Source: Nitrosopumilus sp. (GTDB taxonomy: Archaea > Thermoproteota > Nitrososphaeria > Nitrososphaerales > Nitrosopumilaceae). From it: a stretch of 64,000 bases of DNA. The notes beneath the pieces are model-generated. The model searched no databases. It saw nothing but the letters and a program-made list of their open reading frames with translations, and was not told where the DNA came from. Below, piece after piece: positions 9,493 through 19,254 of the stretch. The translations under genes were made by a program, and so were the position numbers. Each line of letters opens with the position of its first letter. Positions within the stretch are counted from its first letter, which is position 1. The DNA is taken from positions 416,001 through 480,000 of the forward strand of contig OZ240211.1 of NCBI GenBank assembly GCA_965197525.1. Direction: 5' to 3'.

Positions 9493-11208
9493 TTAAAACA
9501 GATTGTACAGTCTAGCCAAAGATACAGTCTTTGCCGGTTCTACTGTTGCAATTGTACCATCAACTTTGACCTCGTATGTCTCAGGATTGACGTCAATGGT
9601 CGGTGTAGAGTCATTGTACAACATGTCCTTTTTGCCAATATTCCTGCAGTTTCTTACAGGAACCAGTTTTTTGCGAGACGATAGTTTTGATGGCAGGCTG
9701 TTATCCAATGCCAATTGAGATGTAAAAGTGACGGATGTGTTTTGTACTGTCTTTCCCAATGCCCCAAACATGGGACGATACACTACTGGTTCAGTGGTAG
9801 GAATAGAGGCATTGGGATCGCCCATCAGTGAATAGGCAATAAATCCGCCTTTGATTATCATCTTGGGCTTTACACCAAAAAATTGAGGGGTCCAGATAAC
9901 GATATCAGCTAGTAGTCCAGGTTTGATTGCGCCAACATAATCTGCAATGCCGTGAGTTATTGCATTGTTTATTGTAATCTTGGAGAGATATCTTTTTACT
10001 CTGAAATTATCGTTTTGTGTATTTCTATCTTCGGGCAGCGATCCGACCATCTTTTTCATCTTATCTGCTGTCTGCCAATTTCTGGTTGTAACCTCACCTA
10101 CTCTACCCATAGCTTGACTGTCAGACGACATCATGCTGAGTACACCCATATCATGCAGAACGTCCTCAGCTGCGATAGTCTCCCCACGAATACGAGATTC
10201 TGCAAAGGATATGTCTTCAGGCACCAGAGGATTAAGATGATGGCATACCATCATCATGTCCAGATGCTCTGCAAGTGTATTTACAGTAAAAGGTCTTGTA
10301 GGATTAGTAGATGATGGCAATATGTTTTGCTCTGATGCTATCTTGATAATATCTGGGGCATGACCTCCGCCTGCGCCCTCAGTATGATATGTATGTATAG
10401 CTCTACCATTAATTGCTTGTATTGTATCGTCAACGAATCCACATTCATTTAATGTATCCGTGTGTATAGCAACTTGAGTGTCAGTTTTTTCGGCAACAGA
10501 CAAGGCAGTATCAATTGTCGCAGGTGTAGTACCCCAGTCTTCGTGTAATTTTAATCCACATGCGCCTTCTAGAATTTGATCCATTAAAGACGATTCAAGG
10601 GAGTCATTGCCCTTACAAAGAAATCCAAAATTTAAAGGCAAATCGTCTATAGCTTCTATCATCTTGTGAATATTCCATTTTCCAGGAGTACAGGTAGTAG
10701 CATTAGTGCCATCAGCAGGCCCTGTTCCACCACCTATCATTGTTGTAGTGCCATTACATATGGCATGAATTGCCTGTTGAGGTGAGATAAAGTGAATATG
10801 AGAGTCTATTGTACCAGGAGTGCATATGGTGTGTTCACCTGCAATTATCTCGGTATTTGATGATATCACCATATCTACATCATCTGAAATATTTGGATTG
10901 CCTGCGTTTCCTATACCGTATATCTTGCCATCTTTAATTCCGATATCTGCTTTGATAATACCCAAATAAGGATCCATAACAATTGCGTTGGTAATTACAA
11001 GGTCAAGCGAATCATTACGCAAGACACCACTTGCTTGACCTAACCCGTCTCGTATACTCTTACCTCCCCCAAATACCGATTCATCTCCGGGTTTTATCAG
11101 ATCGTCTTCTATCTGAATAATTAGATCAGTATCTCCCAGTCTAACTCTATCTCCAGTTGTAGGACCAAACAAATCCACATATGTTTTTCTAGGAATAGTT
11201 AACGTCAT
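9493..11208 (-). CDS. ureC: Urease subunit alpha
   Basis: [27 protein letters not shown] and [12 protein letters not shown]. Confidence 0.99.
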   Translation of the reverse strand: MTLTIPRKTYVDLFGPTTGDRVRLGDTDLIIQIEDDLIKPGDESVFGGGKSIRDGLGQASGVLRNDSLDLVITNAIVMDPYLGIIKADIGIKDGKIYGIGNAGNPNISDDVDMVISSNTEIIAGEHTICTPGTIDSHIHFISPQQAIHAICNGTTTMIGGGTGPADGTNATTCTPGKWNIHKMIEAIDDLPLNFGFLCKGNDSLESSLMDQILEGACGLKLHEDWGTTPATIDTALSVAEKTDTQVAIHTDTLNECGFVDDTIQAINGRAIHTYHTEGAGGGHAPDIIKIASEQNILPSSTNPTRPFTVNTLAEHLDMMMVCHHLNPLVPEDISFAESRIRGETIAAEDVLHDMGVLSMMSSDSQAMGRVGEVTTRNWQTADKMKKMVGSLPEDRNTQNDNFRVKRYLSKITINNAITHGIADYVGAIKPGLLADIVIWTPQFFGVKPKMIIKGGFIAYSLMGDPNASIPTTEPVVYRPMFGALGKTVQNTSVTFTSQLALDNSLPSKLSSRKKLVPVRNCRNIGKKDMLYNDSTPTIDVNPETYEVKVDGTIATVEPAKTVSLARLYNLF

Positions 11209-11585
11209 GGTAGATTCATACCTCTGAAACCACGTTCACTTGCCTTTTGAAATGCATCATTTGTCCTTTCTGCAAGCAGACCGTTTACAAGACCGTTAAA
11301 ACCATATACAGTTTTTTTGCCAGTAAACTCTACAAGTTGAATATTGTTGCGTGTCTCCCCCGGTTCAAAGCGTATTGATGTTCCTGCAGGGATATTAAGA
11401 TGATAGCCATACGATAATTTTCGTGGAAATTCTAGTGCTTTGTTTGCCTCAAAAAAGTGTGTATGCGATCCTACCTGTATCGGTCGATCACCTGTATTAG
11501 TAACGTTTACAGATACGACTTGTCTGTTGAGATTGGCATGTATTGGTTCATCATGCAGATAGTATTGGCCAGGAATTACAGTCAT
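11205..11585 (-). CDS. ureB: Urease subunit beta
   Basis: [19 protein letters not shown]...[14 protein letters not shown]. Confidence 0.98.
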   Translation of the reverse strand: MTVIPGQYYLHDEPIHANLNRQVVSVNVTNTGDRPIQVGSHTHFFEANKALEFPRKLSYGYHLNIPAGTSIRFEPGETRNNIQLVEFTGKKTVYGFNGLVNGLLAERTNDAFQKASERGFRGMNLP

Positions 11586-11695
11586 GGTATAATCCTTGAC
11601 ACTCTAGGTGACATAACTTGAATTGGCGTCATAATTGAAGACTCTGTCACAGTCATTATTAAAATCATCATAATATAGTCATCCTTGGTATAGCA

Positions 11696-11998
11696 TTACG
11701 TAATAGGATCATGAATAGTCACCAGTTTTGTGCCGTCATCAAAAGTTGCTTCTACTTGAATAGAATGAATAATCTCTGCAACACCAGGTAACACGTCATC
11801 TTTTGACAAGACATGTTTGCCTTTGCTTATCAACTCTGCAACGGTCTTGCCATCCCGCGCACCCTCCAAGATAAAATCAGCAAGAATAGATACAGTTTCA
11901 GGATGGTTAAGTTTGAGTCCCCGATTCTTTCTGCGATGAGCCAATTGCGATGCAACAAATATGTCAAGCTTCTCAGATTCTCTAGGAGTTAACATCAT
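11696..11998 (-). CDS. ureA: Urease subunit gamma
   Basis: [11 protein letters not shown]...RGLKLNHPE...[19 protein letters not shown]. Start trimmed to 11998. Confidence 0.97.
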   Translation of the reverse strand: MMLTPRESEKLDIFVASQLAHRRKNRGLKLNHPETVSILADFILEGARDGKTVAELISKGKHVLSKDDVLPGVAEIIHSIQVEATFDDGTKLVTIHDPIT

Positions 11999-12041
11999 AG
12001 TTACAGTAATGTACTTCATGTATTTATCAATTAATTATATC

Positions 12042-13347
12042 GGTTCTGTGAAGTTATAGAGACCTTATTTATGAGGATAGGCGTACATAAATGCCCCAAA
12101 ATCATAGAATATTGGTTGAAGGCAATAAAGTCAATAGCACAAAAATATACGCCAAACTCTGACCTAATGGATATGATGGCCACATTCACAGAAATGGTTA
12201 ACCGTTGCATCAAGATAGGGTTAAAAGAAGACACACACAATATGAAAAGGCTATCATGTCTATGCTATCACGAATTGAGAGACTATGACATTTTATCGTC
12301 ATACAAACTAAATGCAATATCAAGGGCTACTGGCATATTGGCAAACAGAAGACAGTCAATAAAACGTGGTGTCAAGGTTAGATACCCAAAGGTAACAAAG
12401 CCGTTTATCACTAATTGTTACGGTATAAAACACAATGGTGCGCTACTCACAATCCCATACAAGAGTAGAAATTCAATCAACATCTTGTTAAACCCGCATA
12501 CCCAAAAAATCCTGTCGAATCCTGACTTGACAGTACGCTCGTTTTCATTGACTGCCTTTAGCATCAATCTTTGCGTTTCCAAGGAGACTGAACAGATAGA
12601 ATGTACCAAGACGGTAGGAATCGATAGAAATTTGAGGAATGTTACATGTGGCAATGAGGAGCAAGTAACATTTTACAAGACAAACAAACTGCTATCCATA
12701 AAAGAGAACACCATGCACGCCAGAGCCGGATTCCACAGAAATGATCGCAGAAAGAAAGGTCAATTCTGGAAGATAAAACAGCGAAGAATGGCCAATAGAA
12801 CAAAACAATACATACACAGAATATCAAAAGATATTGTGGATAATGCCGTCAAAGAAAAGGCTGTAATCGTTCTAGAAAACCTAAAAGGAATTAGAAAACT
12901 CTACAAAAAAGGAAATGGCCAAGGCAACAAATACAGGCGCAGATTAAACGGATGGCAATTCTACGAGTTACAACGCCAAATAGAATACAAAGCCCAATGG
13001 GTCGGGCTCCCGCCAGTCGAATATGTAGACCCAAAAAACACGAGCACGCAGTGTCCAAGATGCGGAAAGAAACTCCAAGAGGACATGCAACACAGACGTA
13101 AAATGTCGTGTAATAATTGTGGATTGTACACGGACAGAGACATTGTAGCTGCCATGAACATATCACGCAAACCGTCCCCTAGGTTTAGGGATAGCAGAGA
13201 TGACATAGGTGAAGCGCAGTCCGGTGTTTTTGAACCGGCGATGATGGAACCCTGCATACCGGTAATCCAGATAGTCGATATGTCAAAGTCGAGTGATAGG
13301 AGGATATAACTTGTTAAATCAACAGGTACCTATAACTTTACAGAACC
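12042..13347 (+). mobile_element. TIR-bounded tnpB element, copy 1 (1306 bp)
   Basis: Left GGTTCTGTGAAGTTATAG versus right end reverse-complemented GGTTCTGTAAAGTTATAG (17/18). Flanks ATTATATC and AAAATAAA are not duplicated. Confidence 0.85.
12116..13309 (+). CDS. tnpB: TnpB RNA-guided endonuclease (copy 1)
   Basis: RuvC-I VGIDRNL, RuvC-II VLENL, Zn ribbon CPRC...CNNC, RuvC-III DRDIVAAMNI. TTG start at 12116 aligns with the MKAIKSI start of copy 2. Confidence 0.93.
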   Translation: MKAIKSIAQKYTPNSDLMDMMATFTEMVNRCIKIGLKEDTHNMKRLSCLCYHELRDYDILSSYKLNAISRATGILANRRQSIKRGVKVRYPKVTKPFITNCYGIKHNGALLTIPYKSRNSINILLNPHTQKILSNPDLTVRSFSLTAFSINLCVSKETEQIECTKTVGIDRNLRNVTCGNEEQVTFYKTNKLLSIKENTMHARAGFHRNDRRKKGQFWKIKQRRMANRTKQYIHRISKDIVDNAVKEKAVIVLENLKGIRKLYKKGNGQGNKYRRRLNGWQFYELQRQIEYKAQWVGLPPVEYVDPKNTSTQCPRCGKKLQEDMQHRRKMSCNNCGLYTDRDIVAAMNISRKPSPRFRDSRDDIGEAQSGVFEPAMMEPCIPVIQIVDMSKSSDRRI

Positions 13348-13419
13348 AAAATAAATAAATGGCTATAATTTGTAAATTATTGATAATCATTAAAAAATAT
13401 TGTAACTAATTCAAGAAAT

Positions 13420-14316
13420 TTGGCAATTAACAATAATTCTATATATACTATGATATCATTAGATATATGGCGTATGGAAATAATTGACAACTCTATTGTG
13501 GAACCTATAGAGATCAGAATGATAAGACCATCAAAATTTCCAGTCAGATACAATAAATCGCCAACTTCGCCCGAACTTGCAAGCCTCAAAGCAAGCATAA
13601 AAGAACACGGATTGCTTCAGCCAATCATTATTAGACCATTAGAGCACGGATTTGAGCTAGTTGCAGGACATCGAAGATTTACAGCATGCAAATCGTTGCG
13701 TTGGAGATTCATTCCTAGCAAAATTAGAGACCTGTCAGACAAGCAAGCGTACGAGATTCAGCTCACAGAAAATATTCAAAGAAAATCCATGGACCCTATA
13801 GAAGAGGCAGAGGCATATCAAAAATATGTAAACGACTACGGCTGGGGCGGTGTGAGTGATCTAGGCAGAAAGATAGGAAAGAGTCAAGAATACGTATCTC
13901 ATAGAATGCAGTTACTGAGACTGACAGACAATGTAAAGGAGAAATTATTACACAGTAATTTGAGTGTAAGTCAGGCAATAGAACTTACCAATGTGGATGC
14001 AGCAATAAACGACGAACTTGTAAGTGAGATAGTAAATAACAAACTAACAGTAAAACAGATTCGAATCAGGAAAAAGGAAAAGATGTCCGATTTGGAGAAG
14101 CCGGTACCTGATAAAAAATCAAAGTCATTGAACTTGGTAAAAAAAAGTAATCTGACACTCAAAGTAACGTTATCAAGAATTGATGATATCATAGATGATG
14201 CACATAGTATCGACCCAAAGCACAGAGTGGAGATGATTAAATTTTTAATGAGTTTAAGACTAAATACTCATGCGATGATAGATGAGACAATAAAGTTTGG
14301 AAAGAGTATAAAATAA
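13420..14316 (+). CDS. ParB/RepB/Spo0J-family protein
   Basis: SIKEHGLLQPIIIRP...LVAGHRRFTA, LTENIQRKSMDPIEEA and an HTH. The start may be M at 13474. Confidence 0.88.
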   Translation: MAINNNSIYTMISLDIWRMEIIDNSIVEPIEIRMIRPSKFPVRYNKSPTSPELASLKASIKEHGLLQPIIIRPLEHGFELVAGHRRFTACKSLRWRFIPSKIRDLSDKQAYEIQLTENIQRKSMDPIEEAEAYQKYVNDYGWGGVSDLGRKIGKSQEYVSHRMQLLRLTDNVKEKLLHSNLSVSQAIELTNVDAAINDELVSEIVNNKLTVKQIRIRKKEKMSDLEKPVPDKKSKSLNLVKKSNLTLKVTLSRIDDIIDDAHSIDPKHRVEMIKFLMSLRLNTHAMIDETIKFGKSIK

Positions 14317-14394
14317 TTAAAAAATATTATTTTATTTTTTTAAGAACCGATAAATGGAGGTGCCCATTCTCTAATGAATGCTTGGTATTCTTTC

Positions 14395-14892
14395 TCAGCT
14401 TGTATATGCAAGAGCAGAAAATGATGCATTTGTTTGTGGAACAAAATCATACACCTCGTAGATCTGAATAATATCTCCAAACAAATTGCGATAAATATCA
14501 CTCTCCTCATCTGCCATCGCATCAGATAAGAATGACTTTATTGTAATCCAATCATATCCGCCACGTGTCCTTCCCGAGAATAATACAAATGGTGCATCAT
14601 CAAGATATTTTTTTAATCCATCTAATCGCTTAGGTAATGCTTGAGAGGTTCTAAATCTAACTAGGTCAACACGAATAACACGTCGAGGCATCTTTTTAAT
14701 ATCAACAGTTATGGTGTATCCTTTGATCACCTGTTTTTCTTCTAGCTTTGATATTCTAGATTCAATCTCTTCTTCTGTGAGATTATAGTTAAATCCCTTT
14801 AGAAAATCCCAAATTTCAAAGACTTTTTGCCGAGAATTCTCAGATAGGGCTGAGAGTATCAACTCGTCAATCTTATCAATCATGATAGTCAT
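14395..14892 (-). CDS. Lrp/AsnC-family transcriptional regulator
   Basis: IDKIDELILSALSENSR...RISKLEEKQVIKGYT. Confidence 0.75.
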   Translation of the reverse strand: MTIMIDKIDELILSALSENSRQKVFEIWDFLKGFNYNLTEEEIESRISKLEEKQVIKGYTITVDIKKMPRRVIRVDLVRFRTSQALPKRLDGLKKYLDDAPFVLFSGRTRGGYDWITIKSFLSDAMADEESDIYRNLFGDIIQIYEVYDFVPQTNASFSALAYTS

Positions 14893-15110
14893 ACCATAAT
14901 CAAGTATTTAACAATTAATTAATTGAATACAAATCTATGTGTAGTACGTTATAGACATAGATTGATACTAGAATAATATTTTATTTGAAAAGCCAATTAA
15001 TGCGACTGAAATGAATAATGCGTGTATTGAATCCGGTAGTTAGTCTCAAAGATATAAAAAATGAAATAGGTTAGCAGGTATGAAAAGTGATAATCTTGGA
15101 GTTTTAGTCC

Positions 15111-15302
15111 TTGCAAATACGGTGGGATAACCCAAACGTGCAGGATGCCAAATATCATTACAATACACTAGTTCACGTTATAGTACAGATGCAAGAATTC
15201 AGAACCAGCACAAGCATTAAAGAGAATAATCTGTTACAAAGTTATTGGGCACGACTAGCGGCAAGAATAGACAAATTTGTGCAAAAAAATGATTCATGTT
15301 AA
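15111..15302 (+). CDS. Small hypothetical protein
   Basis: 63-aa ORF with plausible composition. No family recognised. Confidence 0.4.
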   Translation: MQIRWDNPNVQDAKYHYNTLVHVIVQMQEFRTSTSIKENNLLQSYWARLAARIDKFVQKNDSC

Positions 15303-15322
15303 CTGCAAAAAACAATATAAAT

Positions 15323-15910
15323 CTAGGAGATAATCTTCAGCGGATCAGCGTTGGCGATCTCATTAATTGTCACACACATATGAAATTCATTACCTTGAAT
15401 TTTGACTGAGACGTTATCAATTGCAGAATAATATTTTTTGTTGTGCTCTGAATCCTCCAACTCGCATGTTACAAGCAGTCCGTGTGAGATCAAATACGAG
15501 ACATTCTCAGATATGATGCCAGGTTCTATGTTACTGATTCGTGATGCTATCTCCCAAATTGTAATGGGATAGTCAAATGCAATATCCAAGATTTGTTTTT
15601 TGACGTGATCTTCAAAGGATATTAGAATAGCATCCTTTAAGGATTCGTCTTTTATCTCTACAATATGATCAGATTTTGATTCCAATGAACAAAGCATCCC
15701 AAGGGTTTTTTTGATTAATGGCGTTCCACTAGAACCGAGAACTTGTTCGGTAATCAGTTCGAATTTTTTAAAATCTTTGATAGAAGAGAGCAGAGTCATA
15801 TTATACTTTTCAAAAACAGAACTCTTGATTTTGGTGATTTCATCATACCCAACAAAATCAGAGAATGTTTTCTCAAAAGGAGTGGCAAGCAAAGTCTCCA
15901 TGGCAGTCAT
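15323..15910 (-). CDS. Hypothetical protein, probable C-terminal wHTH regulator (thaumarchaeal family)
   Basis: SFEDHVKKQIL...PITIWEIASR...LISHGLL pattern. Confidence 0.6.
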   Translation of the reverse strand: MTAMETLLATPFEKTFSDFVGYDEITKIKSSVFEKYNMTLLSSIKDFKKFELITEQVLGSSGTPLIKKTLGMLCSLESKSDHIVEIKDESLKDAILISFEDHVKKQILDIAFDYPITIWEIASRISNIEPGIISENVSYLISHGLLVTCELEDSEHNKKYYSAIDNVSVKIQGNEFHMCVTINEIANADPLKIIS

Positions 15911-15941
15911 TTACAAGCATCCACTCCTTTTTTCACCACAA

Positions 15942-16460
15942 TCATCGAAAAGCACTCTCACCTATTGGAAGTTTTGGTAAACGGAACAAGTTTACCTGCA
16001 ATCTGATTTGACATATCTTCGTTGATACACTAAACTCCGCCTTGGAGATGACCTTGTCATATAGACGCACACGTTTTTCAGATTTAGTATAGCCCACAGG
16101 CAGGATAAAACTATCTTGTAACAGTTCGTTGAACTTGCGATATACTGAGGATTGAGATGCCTTACACAAACTCAGCAATACATCTTTTGAGACAGGCTTG
16201 TCTATCAGCAAAAGAATACGGCGTTTTATTGAATCAGAGTATATGTCAATTATCTTTTCGGCAAGATTGTGCTCGTAGAGTTCAATCCACAATGCATCGT
16301 CATGGTCTTTTAGAATTGCCAATGCGGCTTTTACAGAAGATTCTCGAATCTTGTTCTCGCAGGCAAGCATGGTTCTTTGGCCCGGTTCAAGATGATTATT
16401 GGCATCTCGCAGGGTCTCCAAACATAACAACTGAGAAAGACGATTTGGCATCATATCCAA
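15942..16460 (-). CDS. Hypothetical protein, probable ArsR-like wHTH regulator
   Basis: DSIKRRILL...SQSSVYRKFNELLQDSFI...RLYD pattern. Appears to be a distant paralog of the downstream gene. Confidence 0.6.
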   Translation of the reverse strand: MDMMPNRLSQLLCLETLRDANNHLEPGQRTMLACENKIRESSVKAALAILKDHDDALWIELYEHNLAEKIIDIYSDSIKRRILLLIDKPVSKDVLLSLCKASQSSVYRKFNELLQDSFILPVGYTKSEKRVRLYDKVISKAEFSVSTKICQIRLQVNLFRLPKLPIGESAFR

Positions 16461-16604
16461 TACGTCAAAATATTACTTAAAATGCACTATTTTTTCTTGG
16501 TTGTGAGAAAAAATATTTCATTTAAATACAAGTAAGAAACAGTTTAAATTAAAAAAATGTGACTATTTAAAAAAAATAGATGCGTGGTTATGCTCGTGTA
16601 CGAG

Positions 16605-16913
16605 TTAACCGCGCCCCATTGCGGCATATCGTCCTTTCTTTCCTCGAACAAACAGCATGGTAGCTACGCCTCCGAATATACCGCCTGCAAGTAGAGAAGC
16701 ACCAATAACTCCATCTGCTGCAAAGTAGGGAGTGCCAGAACCGAATGCGTCGGGGGCTGTTGCAAGAATCTGTTTGTTGGCAGGATCTTCTAACAGGTCA
16801 TACAATGTCCCCTTGTCAAGAATGTCGTATTGTGCTGCTGATGCAGGCTGTGTAAAACTTACCAGCATTGCAACTAGAAAGATTCCAGAAAAAAGGAAAT
16901 ATCTTTTCTGCAT
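16605..16913 (-). CDS. Small secreted/membrane protein
   Basis: Signal peptide and C-terminal TM helix followed by a basic tail. Confidence 0.6.
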   Translation of the reverse strand: MQKRYFLFSGIFLVAMLVSFTQPASAAQYDILDKGTLYDLLEDPANKQILATAPDAFGSGTPYFAADGVIGASLLAGGIFGGVATMLFVRGKKGRYAAMGRG

Positions 16914-17090
16914 GTATAGAGATGGTCAACATGGTATAAAAGAACAGAAATGTTTTCTCACAAAAAAAAATAAATAAACTTTGGGCAGATTTGTTGTTCT
17001 TTATTGTCTGGGCTATACATACATCAGCTGACAATATCATAGCATTTAGAAAATATATGGTTTTGAGGTGTGAATCTATTCTCCAGTCTT

Positions 17091-17576
17091 TTAATGCATA
17101 TAGCTGCTGTTTATATCTTGAGAAAATGACACGCTTTTAATCCTGATTGCATTTTGTAAGAGAATTACATGTACTAGGTTTTTAAATCGAGCTTTTTTAC
17201 GTACGTGTTTGACACGGTGTCCCACAAGCTGTCGTTCTCCTGTGATTTCAGCATTGGGTACGTAGCATATAGTTATGTATCCTCCACGTAGCATATAGTT
17301 ATGTATCCTCCACGTAGCATATAGTTATGTATCCTCCACGTAGCATATAGTTATGTATCCTCCACGTAGCATATAGTTATGTATCCTCCACGTAACATAT
17401 ATGCAAATATTTTTGCATCTGCCTTGTCGGTCTTCTTTTTTGACTCTGCAATTAGTCGTGTCTGGTATGGGTTTGAGAGAACCACATCCAGGTTTAGGGA
17501 ATCTATCAGAAATCTGTATACTCCATACCGGACTGAAGATGGTAGGACTGCAAATGAACGCCAAGCCATAAAGTAA
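17091..17576 (-). pseudogene. IS110-family transposase remnant
   Basis: VVLSNPYQTRLIAESKKKTDKADA (IS110 N-terminal domain), continuing after the tandem repeat as CYVPNA...RQLVGHRVKHVRKKARFKNLVH. Truncated at both ends. Confidence 0.8.
17261..17400. repeat. 26-bp tandem repeat, 5 full copies plus a partial one, inside the IS110 remnant
   Basis: Unit CGTAGCATATAGTTATGTATCCTCCA starts at 17261, 17287, 17313, 17339 and 17365. No spacers. Confidence 0.97.
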
Positions 17577-17603
17577 GATTCTTTGAGAAAGAAATTTGCA
17601 GCA

Positions 17604-17684
17604 TCACACCGTTTTTGTTACTTTTGAAAGTACTGTAAACAGATTATTTTTTGAGATTTTGGTTTCATAATTTTCGTAAAGCAT
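17604..17684 (-). pseudogene. Possible 5' stub of a cognate toxin (AbiEii-like nucleotidyltransferase) gene
   Basis: ATG overlaps the antitoxin 3' end and reads MLYENYETKISKNNLFTVLSKVTKTV-stop. The IS110 relic follows immediately. Confidence 0.3.
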
Positions 17685-18270
17685 TTTTCTCCATCTTTTC
17701 TAGTAACATATCTCCTGCTTCAATGCATACGCCACCCTCACTGTACAAATCCAATATTATTTGAGGTATGGATACCAATGTTAAATCATCTACTGTAAAT
17801 GATTTGTAAAATATATGGTCATCACCAATTAAAATTCTTACATTTCCTTTACCGACCAACCCGTTTTGTACTAACAACTCATGCCAACGTAGCTTGTCTG
17901 ATGGATGTATATAGATATCAGTTCGTGATGGAAATAGATAATTCTGTACTTTGTTATCTGCCTGATATGTTGTCAAGGCATATTCTAGATTGCTTTCTTT
18001 CAATAGTTCCAACGGTCTTTGTATCATGTATTCTCTATACTTTGGAACTATCTGCCATCGCTTCCACCACATCATCAACAATTTGAAATTCTTTACTCTG
18101 GTTTTTTGGACTATTCCTTGTTCTTCTAGTTTTTTTAATAAATTATGAATCCATGGATAGCCACTGTCTGCCAGCTTTGCTATTCGATATTTTGTCAATG
18201 TACCGCCAGGTTCGTTAAATAGTACTCTGGCCACTCTTCCTTTGATATTAGTTCGGATCTCCTTTTTCAT
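17665..18270 (-). CDS. wHTH plus AbiEi-like (type IV toxin-antitoxin antitoxin-like) protein
   Basis: N-terminal HTH (LTKYRIAKLADSGYPWIHNLLKKLEEQG). C-terminal TDIYI...VSIPQIILDLYSEGG...EAG resembles AbiEi-type C domains. Confidence 0.55.
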   Translation of the reverse strand: MKKEIRTNIKGRVARVLFNEPGGTLTKYRIAKLADSGYPWIHNLLKKLEEQGIVQKTRVKNFKLLMMWWKRWQIVPKYREYMIQRPLELLKESNLEYALTTYQADNKVQNYLFPSRTDIYIHPSDKLRWHELLVQNGLVGKGNVRILIGDDHIFYKSFTVDDLTLVSIPQIILDLYSEGGVCIEAGDMLLEKMEKNALRKL

Positions 18271-18304
18271 TCTATTGCTTTATTTTGATTAGCAGTTTTA
18301 ATAA

Positions 18305-18383
18305 ATATATATCGTTTTATTTTAAATAGTAGTTCTAATAGATATATATCGTTTTATTTTAAATGTGCATCATAAAAACGATA
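18305..18383. promoter_or_regulatory. Repeated operator-like motif upstream of the AbiEi-like gene
   Basis: 23-bp direct repeat ATATATATCGTTTTATTTTAAAT at 18305-18327 and 18342-18364. Inverted partial copy ATAAAAACGATA at 18372-18383. Confidence 0.5.
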
Positions 18384-18831
18384 ATACGTGCCTAAATTAA
18401 ATTGATTAAATCAAAAAATACACGATTTTTTCTTTAAATATAGTACTAGTCGACCAGCAGATGGAATTGTACTTTTTCTAAACCCTCACAGTAAAAACAG
18501 ATCAAAAAAGTATTTTGTTATTGTAAATCTAGATAAAATTTTACCTCCTCTAAATAGACATAAAAAATTCTTCTAAAAATGATAGAAAAAGTGTCGAATG
18601 TCGCTACGTGTAGGCTTTAAATACAAATTTTGTAACATAGTATAGAAGAAAAATGCCATATGAAGAAGTGTACTTTCAGCGACTAGAAGAAGAGAATCCT
18701 GAGGATTACAAAAAAATAACAAAACAAAAGGCTGACTAGTTTAAGACACTAAAGAACAGTCTAAAAAACAGATGATTGTCAGAGATACAAAAAGAGAGAG
18801 ATAAAACTCAAATTGTTATCAAATACAAGAG

Positions 18832-19206
18832 TTAGGCTTTGTTTGAACCATCGTTGTCATCGTCGGTATTGTTGCTGTTATTATTAGAATTGTTATTACT
18901 ACTACTAGGACCCACCATATCTTCAGGTCTTACCTTGCTATCCCAATTACCTCGTACACCTTGAATCAAAGCAATAACGCCTGCTCCAATAAACCCTATA
19001 ACTGCTCCAAAGAACAACGTTTGATTAAATGTTTTAGAATCACAACCAATCTCTACTGGCGGCATATCATCAAAATACTCGTAACATACCCCAAATTCAT
19101 CAGATTCGATTGATGCTGCCTGATAATCATGGCCAAAGCTACTCATAACAATAACCCCAACAAAGATCAGTACAATTCCAATAATGATAAATCGGGTATC
19201 ACTCAT
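18832..19206 (-). CDS. Hypothetical membrane protein
   Basis: Two TM helices, a Cys pair and an Asn/Asp-rich tail. Confidence 0.7.
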   Translation of the reverse strand: MSDTRFIIIGIVLIFVGVIVMSSFGHDYQAASIESDEFGVCYEYFDDMPPVEIGCDSKTFNQTLFFGAVIGFIGAGVIALIQGVRGNWDSKVRPEDMVGPSSSNNNSNNNSNNTDDDNDGSNKA

Positions 19207-19254
19207 CTATATCATATTTACAAGTTTGTTGTATTTACACTTTGACTTTTCATC

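Noticed and set aside
12961-13257. Conserved antisense ORF (about 98 aa) seen in all four tnpB copies
   Set aside because: Its conservation is explained by the overlapping tnpB/omegaRNA sequence, with no independent evidence of coding.
12116-13309. TnpB copies as Cas12f/Cas14 effectors
   Set aside because: No CRISPR array, cas1, cas2 or cas4 is nearby. The multi-copy, TIR-bounded context indicates a transposon.
17261-17400. 26-bp repeats as a CRISPR array next to TnpB/Cas12f-like genes
   Set aside because: The units are contiguous with no spacers, and the unit derives from IS110 coding sequence.
18305-18364. 23-bp direct repeats as a mini-CRISPR
   Set aside because: Only two AT-rich copies with a 14-bp gap, too short for a spacer.
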